Shown here one piece after another: positions 17,530 through 26,971 of a stretch of 64,000 bases of DNA. The notes below the pieces were generated by a model. That model searched no databases and was not told the origin of the DNA. It saw only the letters and a program-made list of their open reading frames with translations. The DNA is taken from positions 1 to 64,000 of IMG/VR virus record IMGVR_UViG_3300023174_000087, one strand, 5' to 3'. Within the stretch, counting starts at the first letter, position 1; each line of letters starts with the position of its first letter. The translations under genes were made by a program, and so were the position numbers. The stretch comes from a virus.

Positions 17530-17958
17530 ATGGCTGAAGATATTAATCCTACTGGACCCTATAACACAAAAGTGCCTGGCTATAACGAGGCTGCTGATAT
17601 TCAACAGGCTTTAAAATTGTTCCTATATGGAACTACAACCCTACCCTCAACAACTTCCGAAATTCAATCAGCATCATTAGCGGGTAACTTAAAAAGAATA
17701 GATGCAAGCATTGAAACATTAAACAATAAGGGCATTGGTTCAGCAATTGCAGCAAGCCAACCAACAGGAATAACAAATGGTCATATTTGGGTAGATTCAA
17801 CAAGTTCTGTTACATCAGGTGTTCAATATGCAACATCTTCATATCAAATATCTGCACCAGCATCTCCTAGCACAGGTGCTTTGTGGGTTGATTCAGATAC
17901 CACACCATTAAAAATGTATGTTTGGTCTGGTTCTGCATGGAGAGAGATTGGTGCATAA
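17530..17958 (+). CDS. putative minor tail/fibre protein
   Basis: two 'P....G.lWVDS' repeats and YVWSGSAW. Confidence 0.6.
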   Translation: MAEDINPTGPYNTKVPGYNEAADIQQALKLFLYGTTTLPSTTSEIQSASLAGNLKRIDASIETLNNKGIGSAIAASQPTGITNGHIWVDSTSSVTSGVQYATSSYQISAPASPSTGALWVDSDTTPLKMYVWSGSAWREIGA

Positions 17959-18080
17959 TGGCTAAAGAAAAAACATCAGAGCAGGAATTAAAAGAACTTG
18001 GTATTGCAAAGTTAGTTGGACTTGGTTTGACTGAAGCAGAGTTAAGAGCATTGGGGTTGACATCAAATGACAACAATTAA
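17958..18080 (+). CDS. 40-aa protein with 'AKLxxLGLTxxE' motif (not in the ORF track)
   Basis: MAKEKTSEQELKELGIAKLVGLGLTEAELRALGLTSNDNN, coupled to both neighbours. Confidence 0.55.
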   Translation: MAKEKTSEQELKELGIAKLVGLGLTEAELRALGLTSNDNN

Positions 18081-18699
18081 TTCAGATGGTAAGATAGCAT
18101 ATATTTATAATCAAAGCAATGATACTTGGTATGCACTAGGTGGCGCAGTAAACACAAATGCTCAATACACTTGGACTGCAGATCAAAAATTTTCTTCAGT
18201 AGTTACTTTTGATACTGTTGCAAAGGCAAAAGCAGGAATAAATAACTTTCAAAATCCAACTGCAAGGGCTGCAGCAATTCCATCTCCAACAAATGGAGTT
18301 GTTTGTTTTATACAGCAAAAAGATGACGGAACAGTAATTAATCAAATTCAATATTACTATAACGGTGAGTGGCGGTTTATAAATGACTCAATTGATTTTG
18401 TTGCAAAAACAGCCAATTATACAATTACAAAAGAAGATGCTGGTAAAACAATATCAGTTACATCCTCATCTGATGTAGTTATTACAATTCCAGCAAATAG
18501 CACAACGCCTTTTATTGTAGGTCAAAAAATTGAAATAATTAGAAACGGTTCTGGAAATGTTAGTATTGCTGGAGCAACTGGAGCAGTAATCATTAATAGC
18601 AAAAATTCAAATAAAAAAATTGCATCTCAATACTCTGGTGCAATAATTTCCAAAATGGATACCAATACCTGGATTCTTATTGGCGATTTGACGGCGTAG
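18067..18699 (+). CDS. tail fibre protein with C-terminal '...W...GDLxA' domain
   Basis: C-terminal ~95 aa homologous by eye to the C-terminus of 26972-28963. Confidence 0.7.
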   Translation: MTTINSDGKIAYIYNQSNDTWYALGGAVNTNAQYTWTADQKFSSVVTFDTVAKAKAGINNFQNPTARAAAIPSPTNGVVCFIQQKDDGTVINQIQYYYNGEWRFINDSIDFVAKTANYTITKEDAGKTISVTSSSDVVITIPANSTTPFIVGQKIEIIRNGSGNVSIAGATGAVIINSKNSNKKIASQYSGAIISKMDTNTWILIGDLTA

Positions 18700-18706
18700 G
18701 TTTAAT

Positions 18707-19738
18707 ATGCCAAATTTTGGATTGTGGTCTTCTTCAAAAGGTATGGTCTTAGTACCAAGTCTTTCTGGATTAACCGTGCAGGGTGCAACATCTTCAATTC
18801 AAGCAGCAGGATTAGTTGCGGTAAACAATGGAACAACAAACACATCTGATAGCAATTTAAATGGAAAAATTGCATCACAATCACCTGTAGCAGCAGAATT
18901 AGTTAATTATGAAACATCAGTTTCTTTTACATCTTATAATTATATTGGCGTTACTCCCGTTACCCCAGTAACTCCAGTTACACCCGTAACCCCTGTAACC
19001 CCTGTAACACCTGTAACACCAGTTACACCACCTACAGCGTTACCAGTTCCAACACTTTCTGTAGCAAATGCTGGTTGGAATGTTTATCCAAATACAGTTT
19101 ATGCAAACATTCATGTAGGTAACTTTGATTACGGATCTGGAATATCTTATTCATCAACTCTAGGAAGTCAGAATCCAGAATTTCCTTATGAATGGAATCT
19201 TGAAAATTTATCGCCTAATACATCTTACACAGTTTCAATAACAGCATCTAAGGCTGGATTTACAAGTTCTACTGGAACATTAACATTTACATCACACTCA
19301 ACATCTGCAGTTACTCCAGTTACTCCTGTAACACCAGTTACTCCTGTAACTCCAGTAACACCAGTTACACCAGCCGTTACTCCAGCACCAGTATGTGATT
19401 ATACAGATGGAACAGTATATTGTTTAAATGTTAATGCTCAAGGTTACGGAACAGCATATCAAAGATCATGGACGGCTGGATGTCCAGATATGAACTTAGG
19501 GTATACTTTTTGCGGAGTACCAGCCGTTACACCAGCCGTTACACCAGCCGTTACACCAGCCGTTACACCAGCCGTTACACCAGCCGTTACACCAGCCGTT
19601 ACACCAGCAGGTGGAGGGACAGTAACATGTACATGCTATTATGGCTGTTTAGATGCAAATGGAAACCTAACTGATTGTACATATACCTACACCGAGTCTG
19701 CTGAGGCAAATGCAGCCAACGGTGGCTGCTGTGGCTAA
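18707..19738 (+). CDS. PASTA-like + FN3-like protein with (VTP)n/(PAVT)n repeats and Cys-rich tail
   Basis: VPSLSGLT...A...IQAAGL...IASQSP (PASTA-like), LSPNTSYTVSITA (FN3-like), three repeat tracts. Confidence 0.7.
   Translation: MPNFGLWSSSKGMVLVPSLSGLTVQGATSSIQAAGLVAVNNGTTNTSDSNLNGKIASQSPVAAELVNYETSVSFTSYNYIGVTPVTPVTPVTPVTPVTPVTPVTPVTPPTALPVPTLSVANAGWNVYPNTVYANIHVGNFDYGSGISYSSTLGSQNPEFPYEWNLENLSPNTSYTVSITASKAGFTSSTGTLTFTSHSTSAVTPVTPVTPVTPVTPVTPVTPAVTPAPVCDYTDGTVYCLNVNAQGYGTAYQRSWTAGCPDMNLGYTFCGVPAVTPAVTPAVTPAVTPAVTPAVTPAVTPAGGGTVTCTCYYGCLDANGNLTDCTYTYTESAEANAANGGCCG
18950..19030 (+). repeat. (VTP)9 coding repeat, synonymously diverged 9-mers
   Basis: GTWACNCCN x9. Confidence 0.9.
19520..19603 (+). 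repeat. perfect 12-bp tandem repeat x7 encoding (PAVT)7
   Basis: CCAGCCGTTACA x7. Confidence 0.95.
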
Positions 19739-19767
19739 AAAATATTTGCTATGATACAATAGATTGT

Positions 19768-20013
19768 ATGAAAATTAACATATACAAAGACGAATCATTA
19801 TTCATTTTTTTTACTGGAACAAATAATCCACTGGCTATTTTTTTTATTAATAGGGATTCTATTAATAAATATGACATGAGTCCAGACTTTTCTGAACAAG
19901 ATAGACATTTTTTAAAATATTCTTTTAATGAAAAAGACTATTCTTTAAATATAAATTCTAGTATGGCTGAGGCTATATTAAATGAATATAGAGTGGAATT
20001 GTTAGATGAGTGA
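19768..20013 (+). CDS. hypothetical protein
   Basis: very AT-rich 81-aa ORF; TGATACAAT 7 nt before the ATG. Confidence 0.55.
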   Translation: MKINIYKDESLFIFFTGTNNPLAIFFINRDSINKYDMSPDFSEQDRHFLKYSFNEKDYSLNINSSMAEAILNEYRVELLDE

Positions 20014-20245
20014 AGAACTTACCCCTTGGGAAAGATATAAACAGCGTTTAGGTGAAACAAGGCCTTGGGATGTTGTTAATCCAAATACAGAATGGGCTAC
20101 TGAAGAAAAAACAAAAGAAAGGTTTGATATTTGCCAAGAATGCCCAGAACTTATAAAATTGACAACACAATGCAAGCAATGTGGCTGTATTATGAAAATA
20201 AAAACTAAATTAGAAAAAGCAACATGCCCCATAGGAAAATGGTAA
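20006..20245 (+). CDS. small Cys-rich protein, paralog of 13778-13978
   Basis: RFDICQEC...CKQCGC..K.K..L....CPIGKW. Confidence 0.75.
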   Translation: MSEELTPWERYKQRLGETRPWDVVNPNTEWATEEKTKERFDICQECPELIKLTTQCKQCGCIMKIKTKLEKATCPIGKW

Positions 20246-20254
20246 TTTTAAAAA

Positions 20255-20893
20255 ATGAGTTTGGAAGAAAAAAAAATATCTCCATGGGAAGAATACAAAA
20301 ATAAATCATTAAATAGCCTAGGCATAGATATGTTATTGGTAGAGCAAGCCCGTAAAGAAAATAAAGTTCATATATTTAAAAACCCTTTTCCAAAACTTCC
20401 ATCCTGGGACACATTAATTTCTGTTGTTTCCCAGTATGTGGAAGAAGATTTAAAAAAATTTCCAAATAGATCATATCTTTTAAGTGATTTTATTGAGGGA
20501 GAATCTTCTGATATGAAACTAAAATGTCGTTTTTGGTCAAGAATGGCTTTTCAACTTTATGATCCAAATGACAAATACATGTCTATAATTCCAGAACTTG
20601 ATCAAGTAACTAGATGGGGTCTTTCTCAATATTCGTCAGATGTTTATGATGGCAACTTTGCTTTAGTTACTCTTATGAAAAATCGTGGGGTTGTAGGAAA
20701 CAAACATAGTGATTACGTAGATCAGTTTCAATGGGTAGTTAAAGGTGAGATGATCTGGCGTACAGGTGATAACCTAGAAAATGAATATCATCTTGTAGAA
20801 GGAGATTTTGTATTTATTCCCAAAAATTTGCAGCATGAGGTTGAAACTTTAGTAGCACCAAGAGCAGCCATTAATTTAATTTTAAGAAACTAA
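20255..20893 (+). CDS. JmjC/cupin-fold (Fe(II)/2OG-type) protein
   Basis: HSD...QWVVKGEMIW...LVEGDFVFIPKNLQHEV (HxD...H triad). Confidence 0.8.
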   Translation: MSLEEKKISPWEEYKNKSLNSLGIDMLLVEQARKENKVHIFKNPFPKLPSWDTLISVVSQYVEEDLKKFPNRSYLLSDFIEGESSDMKLKCRFWSRMAFQLYDPNDKYMSIIPELDQVTRWGLSQYSSDVYDGNFALVTLMKNRGVVGNKHSDYVDQFQWVVKGEMIWRTGDNLENEYHLVEGDFVFIPKNLQHEVETLVAPRAAINLILRN

Positions 20894-20928
20894 AAAGCAC
20901 CTATAGGTTTTACCCCATAGGTGCCTTT
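20893..20928. terminator. bidirectional terminator between convergent genes
   Basis: AAAA-GCACCTATAGG...CCCATAGGTGC-CTTT. Confidence 0.7.
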
Positions 20929-20940
20929 AGTTATTATAAT

Positions 20941-21504
20941 TTACTTAGGAAATTTGTTCATCCACATTCTAGTCTTTGGCGTAATGCCTTTCCAAGAAGA
21001 CCAATTTTCTCCCCCATTTGTCATGTAGTATGCAATCTCTGCATTTTTGACGGGATTGAATAACTCAACATTAGAATTAAGATCAAACTTGTTTCTACGA
21101 TCAGGACCAAGGTCATCAATCATATTAATTTGAAACATTCCATAAGACGAGTCGCCAGTCTTACGGTTGTCGGTAAAAGCAAATGGTCTCCCATTAGATT
21201 CTTTTTTAGCAACTGCCCAAGCAACTACAAGGTCTTTACCCTTGAAGCCTACTAAAGAGAGCAGTTCTTTTAGTTCTAGATCAGTCAGAGAAGTCTTATT
21301 CTCAAAACTCTCTAGTTTTTTTGCTTTAGAAACCAAAAAAACCTCTTGCGAGGTATTGTTCGATTGCTGAGCCTGTTCCAGGCTAAGATTATTTTTGGTA
21401 TCTAGTTCTGTTGTAGCATTAGCAGCATTAGAAGATACGGCTACTAATAATACAATGCTGAGTGTGCTAATGATCTCTTTGTTTCTTTCGATAAATTTAA
21501 TCAT
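20941..21504 (-). CDS. lysozyme-like / lytic transglycosylase with N-terminal signal or TM segment
   Basis: AVAKKESNG (catalytic Glu), SYGMFQIN, WSSW; AAGGAGG RBS before ATG 21504; own TTGACT-18-TATACT promoter. Confidence 0.8.
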   Translation of the reverse strand: MIKFIERNKEIISTLSIVLLVAVSSNAANATTELDTKNNLSLEQAQQSNNTSQEVFLVSKAKKLESFENKTSLTDLELKELLSLVGFKGKDLVVAWAVAKKESNGRPFAFTDNRKTGDSSYGMFQINMIDDLGPDRRNKFDLNSNVELFNPVKNAEIAYYMTNGGENWSSWKGITPKTRMWMNKFPK

Positions 21505-21610
21505 AGTTTCCTCCTTAGAAAACAATAACACCCTGGCAGGTGTCTACTGATAAGTATAACACAAATTTTACCTAAAAGTCAACTTTATGACATGGTATAA
21601 TAAAATTACT

Positions 21611-22132
21611 ATGGCTACAGGAAATACAGACGATGGATTATTTAATTTACCATACCCAATTGCAGATGATCCAGTTAATGTTCATGGAGATATTCAATCA
21701 TTAGTCAATAGATTATTGACAATACTTCCCCCACTTGGATTATCGCAATTTCAATTAGGTGTATTCAATGGTACTGGTCAAAACTTACCAGCAGGAACTC
21801 CTGTATATGCAACAGGATATAATAATGAAAGAGCAAGAACAATTATTGATAAATCTTTGGCAAGTACATCTTCACCAGTCTTAGGATTAACAAAAACAAA
21901 TATTCCAATTGGATCATCAGGAATAGTTGTAGTTGCTGGAGTTATGGAAAACATAAATACATCTGGATTCAATAATGGAGATGTTTTATATGTTGGAACT
22001 TCTGGTGGACTGACAAACACTCCTGGTTCTGGTGCTGTTGGAATAGTTGCACATGCAGCAAATAATGGAGTAATTATTGTTGAGGCAAAAGGCAACGGCA
22101 CATGGGGGGCATTAAAGGCTGGATTAGCCTAA
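21611..22132 (+). CDS. minor virion/tail-fibre-associated protein
   Basis: LPYP...D..NVHGDIQSL N-terminus; Gly-rich beta domain. Confidence 0.6.
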   Translation: MATGNTDDGLFNLPYPIADDPVNVHGDIQSLVNRLLTILPPLGLSQFQLGVFNGTGQNLPAGTPVYATGYNNERARTIIDKSLASTSSPVLGLTKTNIPIGSSGIVVVAGVMENINTSGFNNGDVLYVGTSGGLTNTPGSGAVGIVAHAANNGVIIVEAKGNGTWGALKAGLA

Positions 22133-22150
22133 TGGTGATATAATTAAACA

Positions 22151-22561
22151 ATGGCAACCTTAAGAGGATCTCAAACATCATACGACATAGGAAATAAACC
22201 TCCTACAGTTGTTTGGACTGTTGTCCGTGGAGATACTTCTGGCTTTAAAGTTTATGTAACAGATGATGCAAAGGTTCCGTTAATTTTAAAAGGAGCAGGA
22301 TCTGAATGGGATATTGCTATGAAAATTAAAAGACCAAATTCTACTCCTGGAGTAATCACTGATGACGCTGTTACAGTAATGGCACTACATCCAAGAGCAG
22401 ACGAAGATGATCTAGTTGGAGAGTTTACAGTTTGGCTTACAGCAGAAGAATCCAATGTTTTACAAACAGGAGACATCTTTGATATTCAAGTTTCAGATCC
22501 TACAAGAGTTTGGACAGTTGCTCAGGGTAGCATGAAGATTCTTGAAGATGTAACAGATTAA
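22151..22561 (+). CDS. virion Ig-like / BppU-N-like protein
   Basis: VVRGDT...FDIQV...WTVAQG...EDVT. Confidence 0.6.
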   Translation: MATLRGSQTSYDIGNKPPTVVWTVVRGDTSGFKVYVTDDAKVPLILKGAGSEWDIAMKIKRPNSTPGVITDDAVTVMALHPRADEDDLVGEFTVWLTAEESNVLQTGDIFDIQVSDPTRVWTVAQGSMKILEDVTD

Positions 22562-22785
22562 TGGCTACAGCATTAATACTTGATGAATTAAATAATAAAA
22601 CAAATTCAGTATTTTCAATTGATTATCCATTAGTTGAGATAAAAGATTTTACAAGAAATGCAGTTCTTAGTGATGTGCTTCCATTTAGAGTTAAGTTTAC
22701 AGCAATACAAATTCAAGCAATTGGCTTAGGCAATACTCCAGCAATTCCACTACAAGTTATTGGCTACAGCAACTATATTCTTTAA
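22561..22785 (+). CDS. hypothetical virion-associated protein
   Basis: 74-aa ORF coupled to the upstream gene. Confidence 0.55.
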   Translation: MATALILDELNNKTNSVFSIDYPLVEIKDFTRNAVLSDVLPFRVKFTAIQIQAIGLGNTPAIPLQVIGYSNYIL

Positions 22786-22818
22786 TTAATTAATTAAAAA
22801 GCGTGTTATAATTACCAC

Positions 22819-23265
22819 ATGGCTAAAATATCAGTTCCAGGAGTAAAAAGTCTATTTCAAACAGGTGATAGACCAACTCAAGAAAATTATGTAGATTTAA
22901 TTGATACCCTTGTTGCTCAATCAACAGATTTGGGGTCAGCAGGTAATAATGAAAATACAATCAATGGTATTGAGAATGTAACTGTGGTTGATAATTTTGA
23001 CGCCACAGTTTGGCGTATGGTCAAGTACATTGTTTCAATCTCAAAGACCTCTGCAGGGGACAATAAGTTCTATGCAACCGAACTAACAATTCTCGTTGAC
23101 GGTACAGATGTATCAGTCAGCGAATATGGCACTATCGACAATGATGGGAATATTGGCACCATTAATGTCTCTCGCACTGGAAATACCGTGGCTTTAACAG
23201 TCACTCCAGATCCTGCGATCAAGCCAGTCACTGTACGTTTTGCACGTATGGGACTTAAGGCATAA
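22819..23265 (+). CDS. minor tail protein
   Basis: FQTGDRPTQENYVDLIDT N-terminus; C-domain resembles the C-terminus of 23283. Confidence 0.65.
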   Translation: MAKISVPGVKSLFQTGDRPTQENYVDLIDTLVAQSTDLGSAGNNENTINGIENVTVVDNFDATVWRMVKYIVSISKTSAGDNKFYATELTILVDGTDVSVSEYGTIDNDGNIGTINVSRTGNTVALTVTPDPAIKPVTVRFARMGLKA

Positions 23266-23282
23266 CTAAGGAGATATAAAAA

Positions 23283-25271
23283 ATGGCAACAGTAAATAAA
23301 GATTTTAAAATCAAGAGTGGACTTATCGTTGAAGGTACAACAGCGACAGTTAATGGATATGACATTCTTACAAAGAAGCAAGGCGATCAAGATTACATAG
23401 TTAATCTTATTGGTGGTACAGCAACATCTGCTAACACGGCAAATACAGTTGTAAAGCGTGATGGCAGTGGTAATTTTGCTGCAGGAACCATTACAGCAGA
23501 TCTAGTTGGTGATGTAACTGGTCAAGTATCAGATATTTCAAATCACTCAACAACAGATCTTGGTGAAGGCTCAAACCTTTACTTTACAAACCAAAGAGCA
23601 CTTGATGCAACATCTGCAGCATACGATGCAGCAGGTTTAGCAGGAGATGTTCAGGATAACCTTGATGATCACACAGGTGCTTCTTCAGGAGTACACGGAG
23701 TAACTGGAAGTGTTGTAGGAACTACAGACTCACAGGTTCTTACTAACAAAACAATCAACGATGAACTTTACTTCACTAACCCATCAACACAAGCAAGTGA
23801 TGGTGGAATTAAGATCGATGATAGCAACGAAGATTTAGTAATTCGTGCTTATACAGCAGACCTTGAAGTAATTGCTTTGGGAGATGTAAATATTGCATCA
23901 CAGAATGGTGACATTAACCTTAACCCAGATGGAAACGTATTTATTAATGGCTCAACTGCAGCAGCACAAGTTGCTACACAGGGTTATGTAGATACTCAAA
24001 CAGGAAATGTTCAGACAAATCTTGACAACCACGCAACAGATACATCAACACACGGTGTTACAGAAATTCTTGGTGCTACAGAATCACAGACAATTTCTAA
24101 TAAGACACTTGGTAGCGATCTTGCTGCTGGTGGATACAAGGTTTCAGGTCTTGCACAACCTTCAGCAAATCAAGATGCAGCAACAAAGGCATACGTTGAT
24201 ACAGCCGTTGCAGATCTAGTTAATGGTGCACCAGCACTGCTAGACACTCTTAATGAGTTGGCACAAGCAATTGGTGACGATGAAGATTTCATTACAACAG
24301 TTACAACATCAATTGGTGAAAAGGTAGCAAAGGCTGGCGACAGCATGTCTGGCAACCTTGACTTTGGCGGAACAAACAAGGTAACAAGCCTTGCAACACC
24401 AACAAACTCAGGCGATGCTGCAACTAAGGGTTATGTTGATACAGAGATCTCAGATCTTGATACAGCAGCCCAGGGTTATGCTAATACAGCACAAGATAAT
24501 GCTGCAGATTATACAAATCAAGCAATTACTGACCTTAATCTTGGCTCAACATACGATGCATTTGGAGCAGCAGGACAGGCTTACACAGATGCAGTAAATG
24601 ATGCACAAGATTATACAAACTCTGCAATTACAACAGAAGTTTCAGATCGTAACTCTGCAATCACATCAGCAGTTAATGCACTTACAACATCTGATATTGA
24701 AGAAGGTTCAAACCTTTACTTCACAGATTCTCGTGCTAAGTCTTCAGCAGCAGATCTTTTGGCTGGTGCTTCACTTACAAATATTACAATCACAGGTACA
24801 GGTGCAGGACTTACTATTACCGCAGAAAACGGTGTAGCAGACTCTGATACTGACGATCTTGATGAAGGTACAACAAATAAGTACTTTACAGCAGAAAGAG
24901 CAGTAAATGCTCTTGAAGCAGTTGTTCCAAACTTTACAGCAGTTGAGGTTAACTCAGTTGCTAAGCAGGTTGCAGCAACAGTTTCTGCTCCAGTAGCAGG
25001 AATTAATCAGGCTTATGGATTTGATCCAGAAGTTTACCGTTCAGCAGAATTCCTTGTGAAGGTTGCTTACGGATCACACACTGAAATCTCAAAGGTTCTT
25101 TTGACACTTGATTCTTCAGATAATATTGCAATCACAGAATATGGAATTGTTGGAACTAATGGTTCGGCATCATCAATTTCAGCAGATATTTCTGGTGGCG
25201 AAGTAAGACTACTAGCAACAACCGTTAACAATAACTCAACCGTTACTGTTATGGGAACACTAATAGTTTAA
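23283..25271 (+). CDS. long tail fibre protein
   Basis: repeated EGSNLYFT, DAATKAYVD, APALLDTLNELA and HGVT fibre motifs. Confidence 0.8.
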   Translation: MATVNKDFKIKSGLIVEGTTATVNGYDILTKKQGDQDYIVNLIGGTATSANTANTVVKRDGSGNFAAGTITADLVGDVTGQVSDISNHSTTDLGEGSNLYFTNQRALDATSAAYDAAGLAGDVQDNLDDHTGASSGVHGVTGSVVGTTDSQVLTNKTINDELYFTNPSTQASDGGIKIDDSNEDLVIRAYTADLEVIALGDVNIASQNGDINLNPDGNVFINGSTAAAQVATQGYVDTQTGNVQTNLDNHATDTSTHGVTEILGATESQTISNKTLGSDLAAGGYKVSGLAQPSANQDAATKAYVDTAVADLVNGAPALLDTLNELAQAIGDDEDFITTVTTSIGEKVAKAGDSMSGNLDFGGTNKVTSLATPTNSGDAATKGYVDTEISDLDTAAQGYANTAQDNAADYTNQAITDLNLGSTYDAFGAAGQAYTDAVNDAQDYTNSAITTEVSDRNSAITSAVNALTTSDIEEGSNLYFTDSRAKSSAADLLAGASLTNITITGTGAGLTITAENGVADSDTDDLDEGTTNKYFTAERAVNALEAVVPNFTAVEVNSVAKQVAATVSAPVAGINQAYGFDPEVYRSAEFLVKVAYGSHTEISKVLLTLDSSDNIAITEYGIVGTNGSASSISADISGGEVRLLATTVNNNSTVTVMGTLIV

Positions 25272-25335
25272 TGTATTAAAGGTTAGGGGATCCTTTTAAA
25301 ATCCCCCACAAAAAAGCATTACAGAGGAGAAGTAA

Positions 25336-25785
25336 ATGGCAACAGTCGAAAAAGACTTCAAAGTTAAGAATGGACTCATCGTTGCAAACGGTGGTTCTTT
25401 TGGCGGGGCAGTTGAAGTAGGAACACCTACTCTTAATGCTCACGCAGCAACTAAGGAGTATGTCGATTCAAGATCAATGGCTGTTGGAGATACTGCTCCT
25501 TCTTCACCAATAAATGGAACAATGTGGTTAGATACTCTAACAAATAGAGTAAACTTCTACTACGAAGGATCATGGTATACACAAGCAACAATTCAAGATA
25601 CAATTAATATTCCAGATCACATTCACGATACTGCAATTGATGGCACAGGCCTTATTGTAAGTATGTTTATGGACTCTGGTTTTTTTGATAGCCCAATGAC
25701 ATCTAGTACAGATTCTGGAAATGCATCAGATACAGTTTTTACCTCTACCATAGATGGTGGATTAGCAATAGATAATTTCAATTAA
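25336..25785 (+). CDS. short tail-fibre-associated protein
   Basis: N-terminus MATVEKDFKVKNGLIV nearly matches 23283; HAATKEYVD. Confidence 0.7.
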   Translation: MATVEKDFKVKNGLIVANGGSFGGAVEVGTPTLNAHAATKEYVDSRSMAVGDTAPSSPINGTMWLDTLTNRVNFYYEGSWYTQATIQDTINIPDHIHDTAIDGTGLIVSMFMDSGFFDSPMTSSTDSGNASDTVFTSTIDGGLAIDNFN

Positions 25786-25839
25786 TAAATTGATGTTATA
25801 ATAAGATACATATGGGCAGCCCCCATAAGGAGGAAGTAA

Positions 25840-26910
25840 ATGGCAGTTAGACAACAGCAACGCAGAGGTACCGCAGCACAGTGGACATCAGCAAACCCAA
25901 TTCTTTCAGCAGCCGAAATTGGTTATGAAACAGATACAAATAAATTTAAGATTGGTGATGGAACCAATCGTTGGTCAACTCTAAGTTATTTTGTTGATCT
26001 TGATACAATGATTGCTGGTGCACCAGGACTTCTAAACTCTCTTGACGAAATTGCAGCCGCAATTAATGATGATCCAGCATTCTTTACAACAATTGCATCA
26101 TCACTTTCTTCAAAAGCACCACTTGCTTCCCCAACTTTTACAGGTACCGTTTCAGGTATTACAAAGTCAATGGTTGGACTAGGATCAGTAGATAATACTG
26201 CAGATTCAGCAAAGCCAGTATCTACAGCACAGGCAACAGCAATTGCAACAGCAAAGTCAGAAGCAGTATCAACTGCCTCATCTGATGCAACTACAAAGGC
26301 TAATAATGCTAAATCAGGTGCAGAGACAACAGCAGCAACTGCTCTTGCTTCACACGAATCAGACACAACAAATATTCACGGCATTGCAGACACATCTGCT
26401 TTGGCTACAAAAACATATGCAGACAATGCAGCATCTACTGCAGTTGCAGCCGTTGTAAATTCAGCGCCAGAAGCGCTTAATACACTAAAAGAACTTGCAG
26501 ATGCACTGACTGCAGACGAATCAACAGCAGCATCACTTGCTACTCTTGTTGGTACAAAAGCACCTTCTGCAAATCCAACCTTTACTGGAACAGTACAAGG
26601 TATCACAAAATCTATGGTAGGTCTAGGAAATGTTGATAACACATCTGATACCAATAAGCCAATATCATCAGCAACTCAGACAGCGCTTGATGCCAAACTT
26701 GCTTCTGCAACTGCAGCATCAACATACGAAACAATTTCAAATGTAGCACTTAAGGCGCCATTGGCATCTCCAGCACTTACTGGTACACCAACATCTCCAA
26801 CTGCATCAGTTGGAACTAATACAACACAAGTTGCCACAACAGCATTTGTTAAAGCAGCAATTGAGAATATTGCTTCACTAGACTTAGTACTTGATGGCGG
26901 TGGAGTATAA
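25840..26910 (+). CDS. tail fibre protein with Mtd-N-like N-terminal domain
   Basis: QQRRGTAAQWTSANPIL..EIGYETDT.KFKIGDG; VGLGNVDNTSD..KP repeats. Confidence 0.8.
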   Translation: MAVRQQQRRGTAAQWTSANPILSAAEIGYETDTNKFKIGDGTNRWSTLSYFVDLDTMIAGAPGLLNSLDEIAAAINDDPAFFTTIASSLSSKAPLASPTFTGTVSGITKSMVGLGSVDNTADSAKPVSTAQATAIATAKSEAVSTASSDATTKANNAKSGAETTAATALASHESDTTNIHGIADTSALATKTYADNAASTAVAAVVNSAPEALNTLKELADALTADESTAASLATLVGTKAPSANPTFTGTVQGITKSMVGLGNVDNTSDTNKPISSATQTALDAKLASATAASTYETISNVALKAPLASPALTGTPTSPTASVGTNTTQVATTAFVKAAIENIASLDLVLDGGGV

Positions 26911-26971
26911 AATGAAAAATTTTAATACAAAAAAGAAAGTGTACGCAACCCGTACAGAAGGAGATAAATAA

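Noticed and set aside
21505-21552. c-di-AMP (ydaO) riboswitch upstream of the muralytic gene
   Set aside because: Leader is only ~40 nt with a single hairpin, far too short
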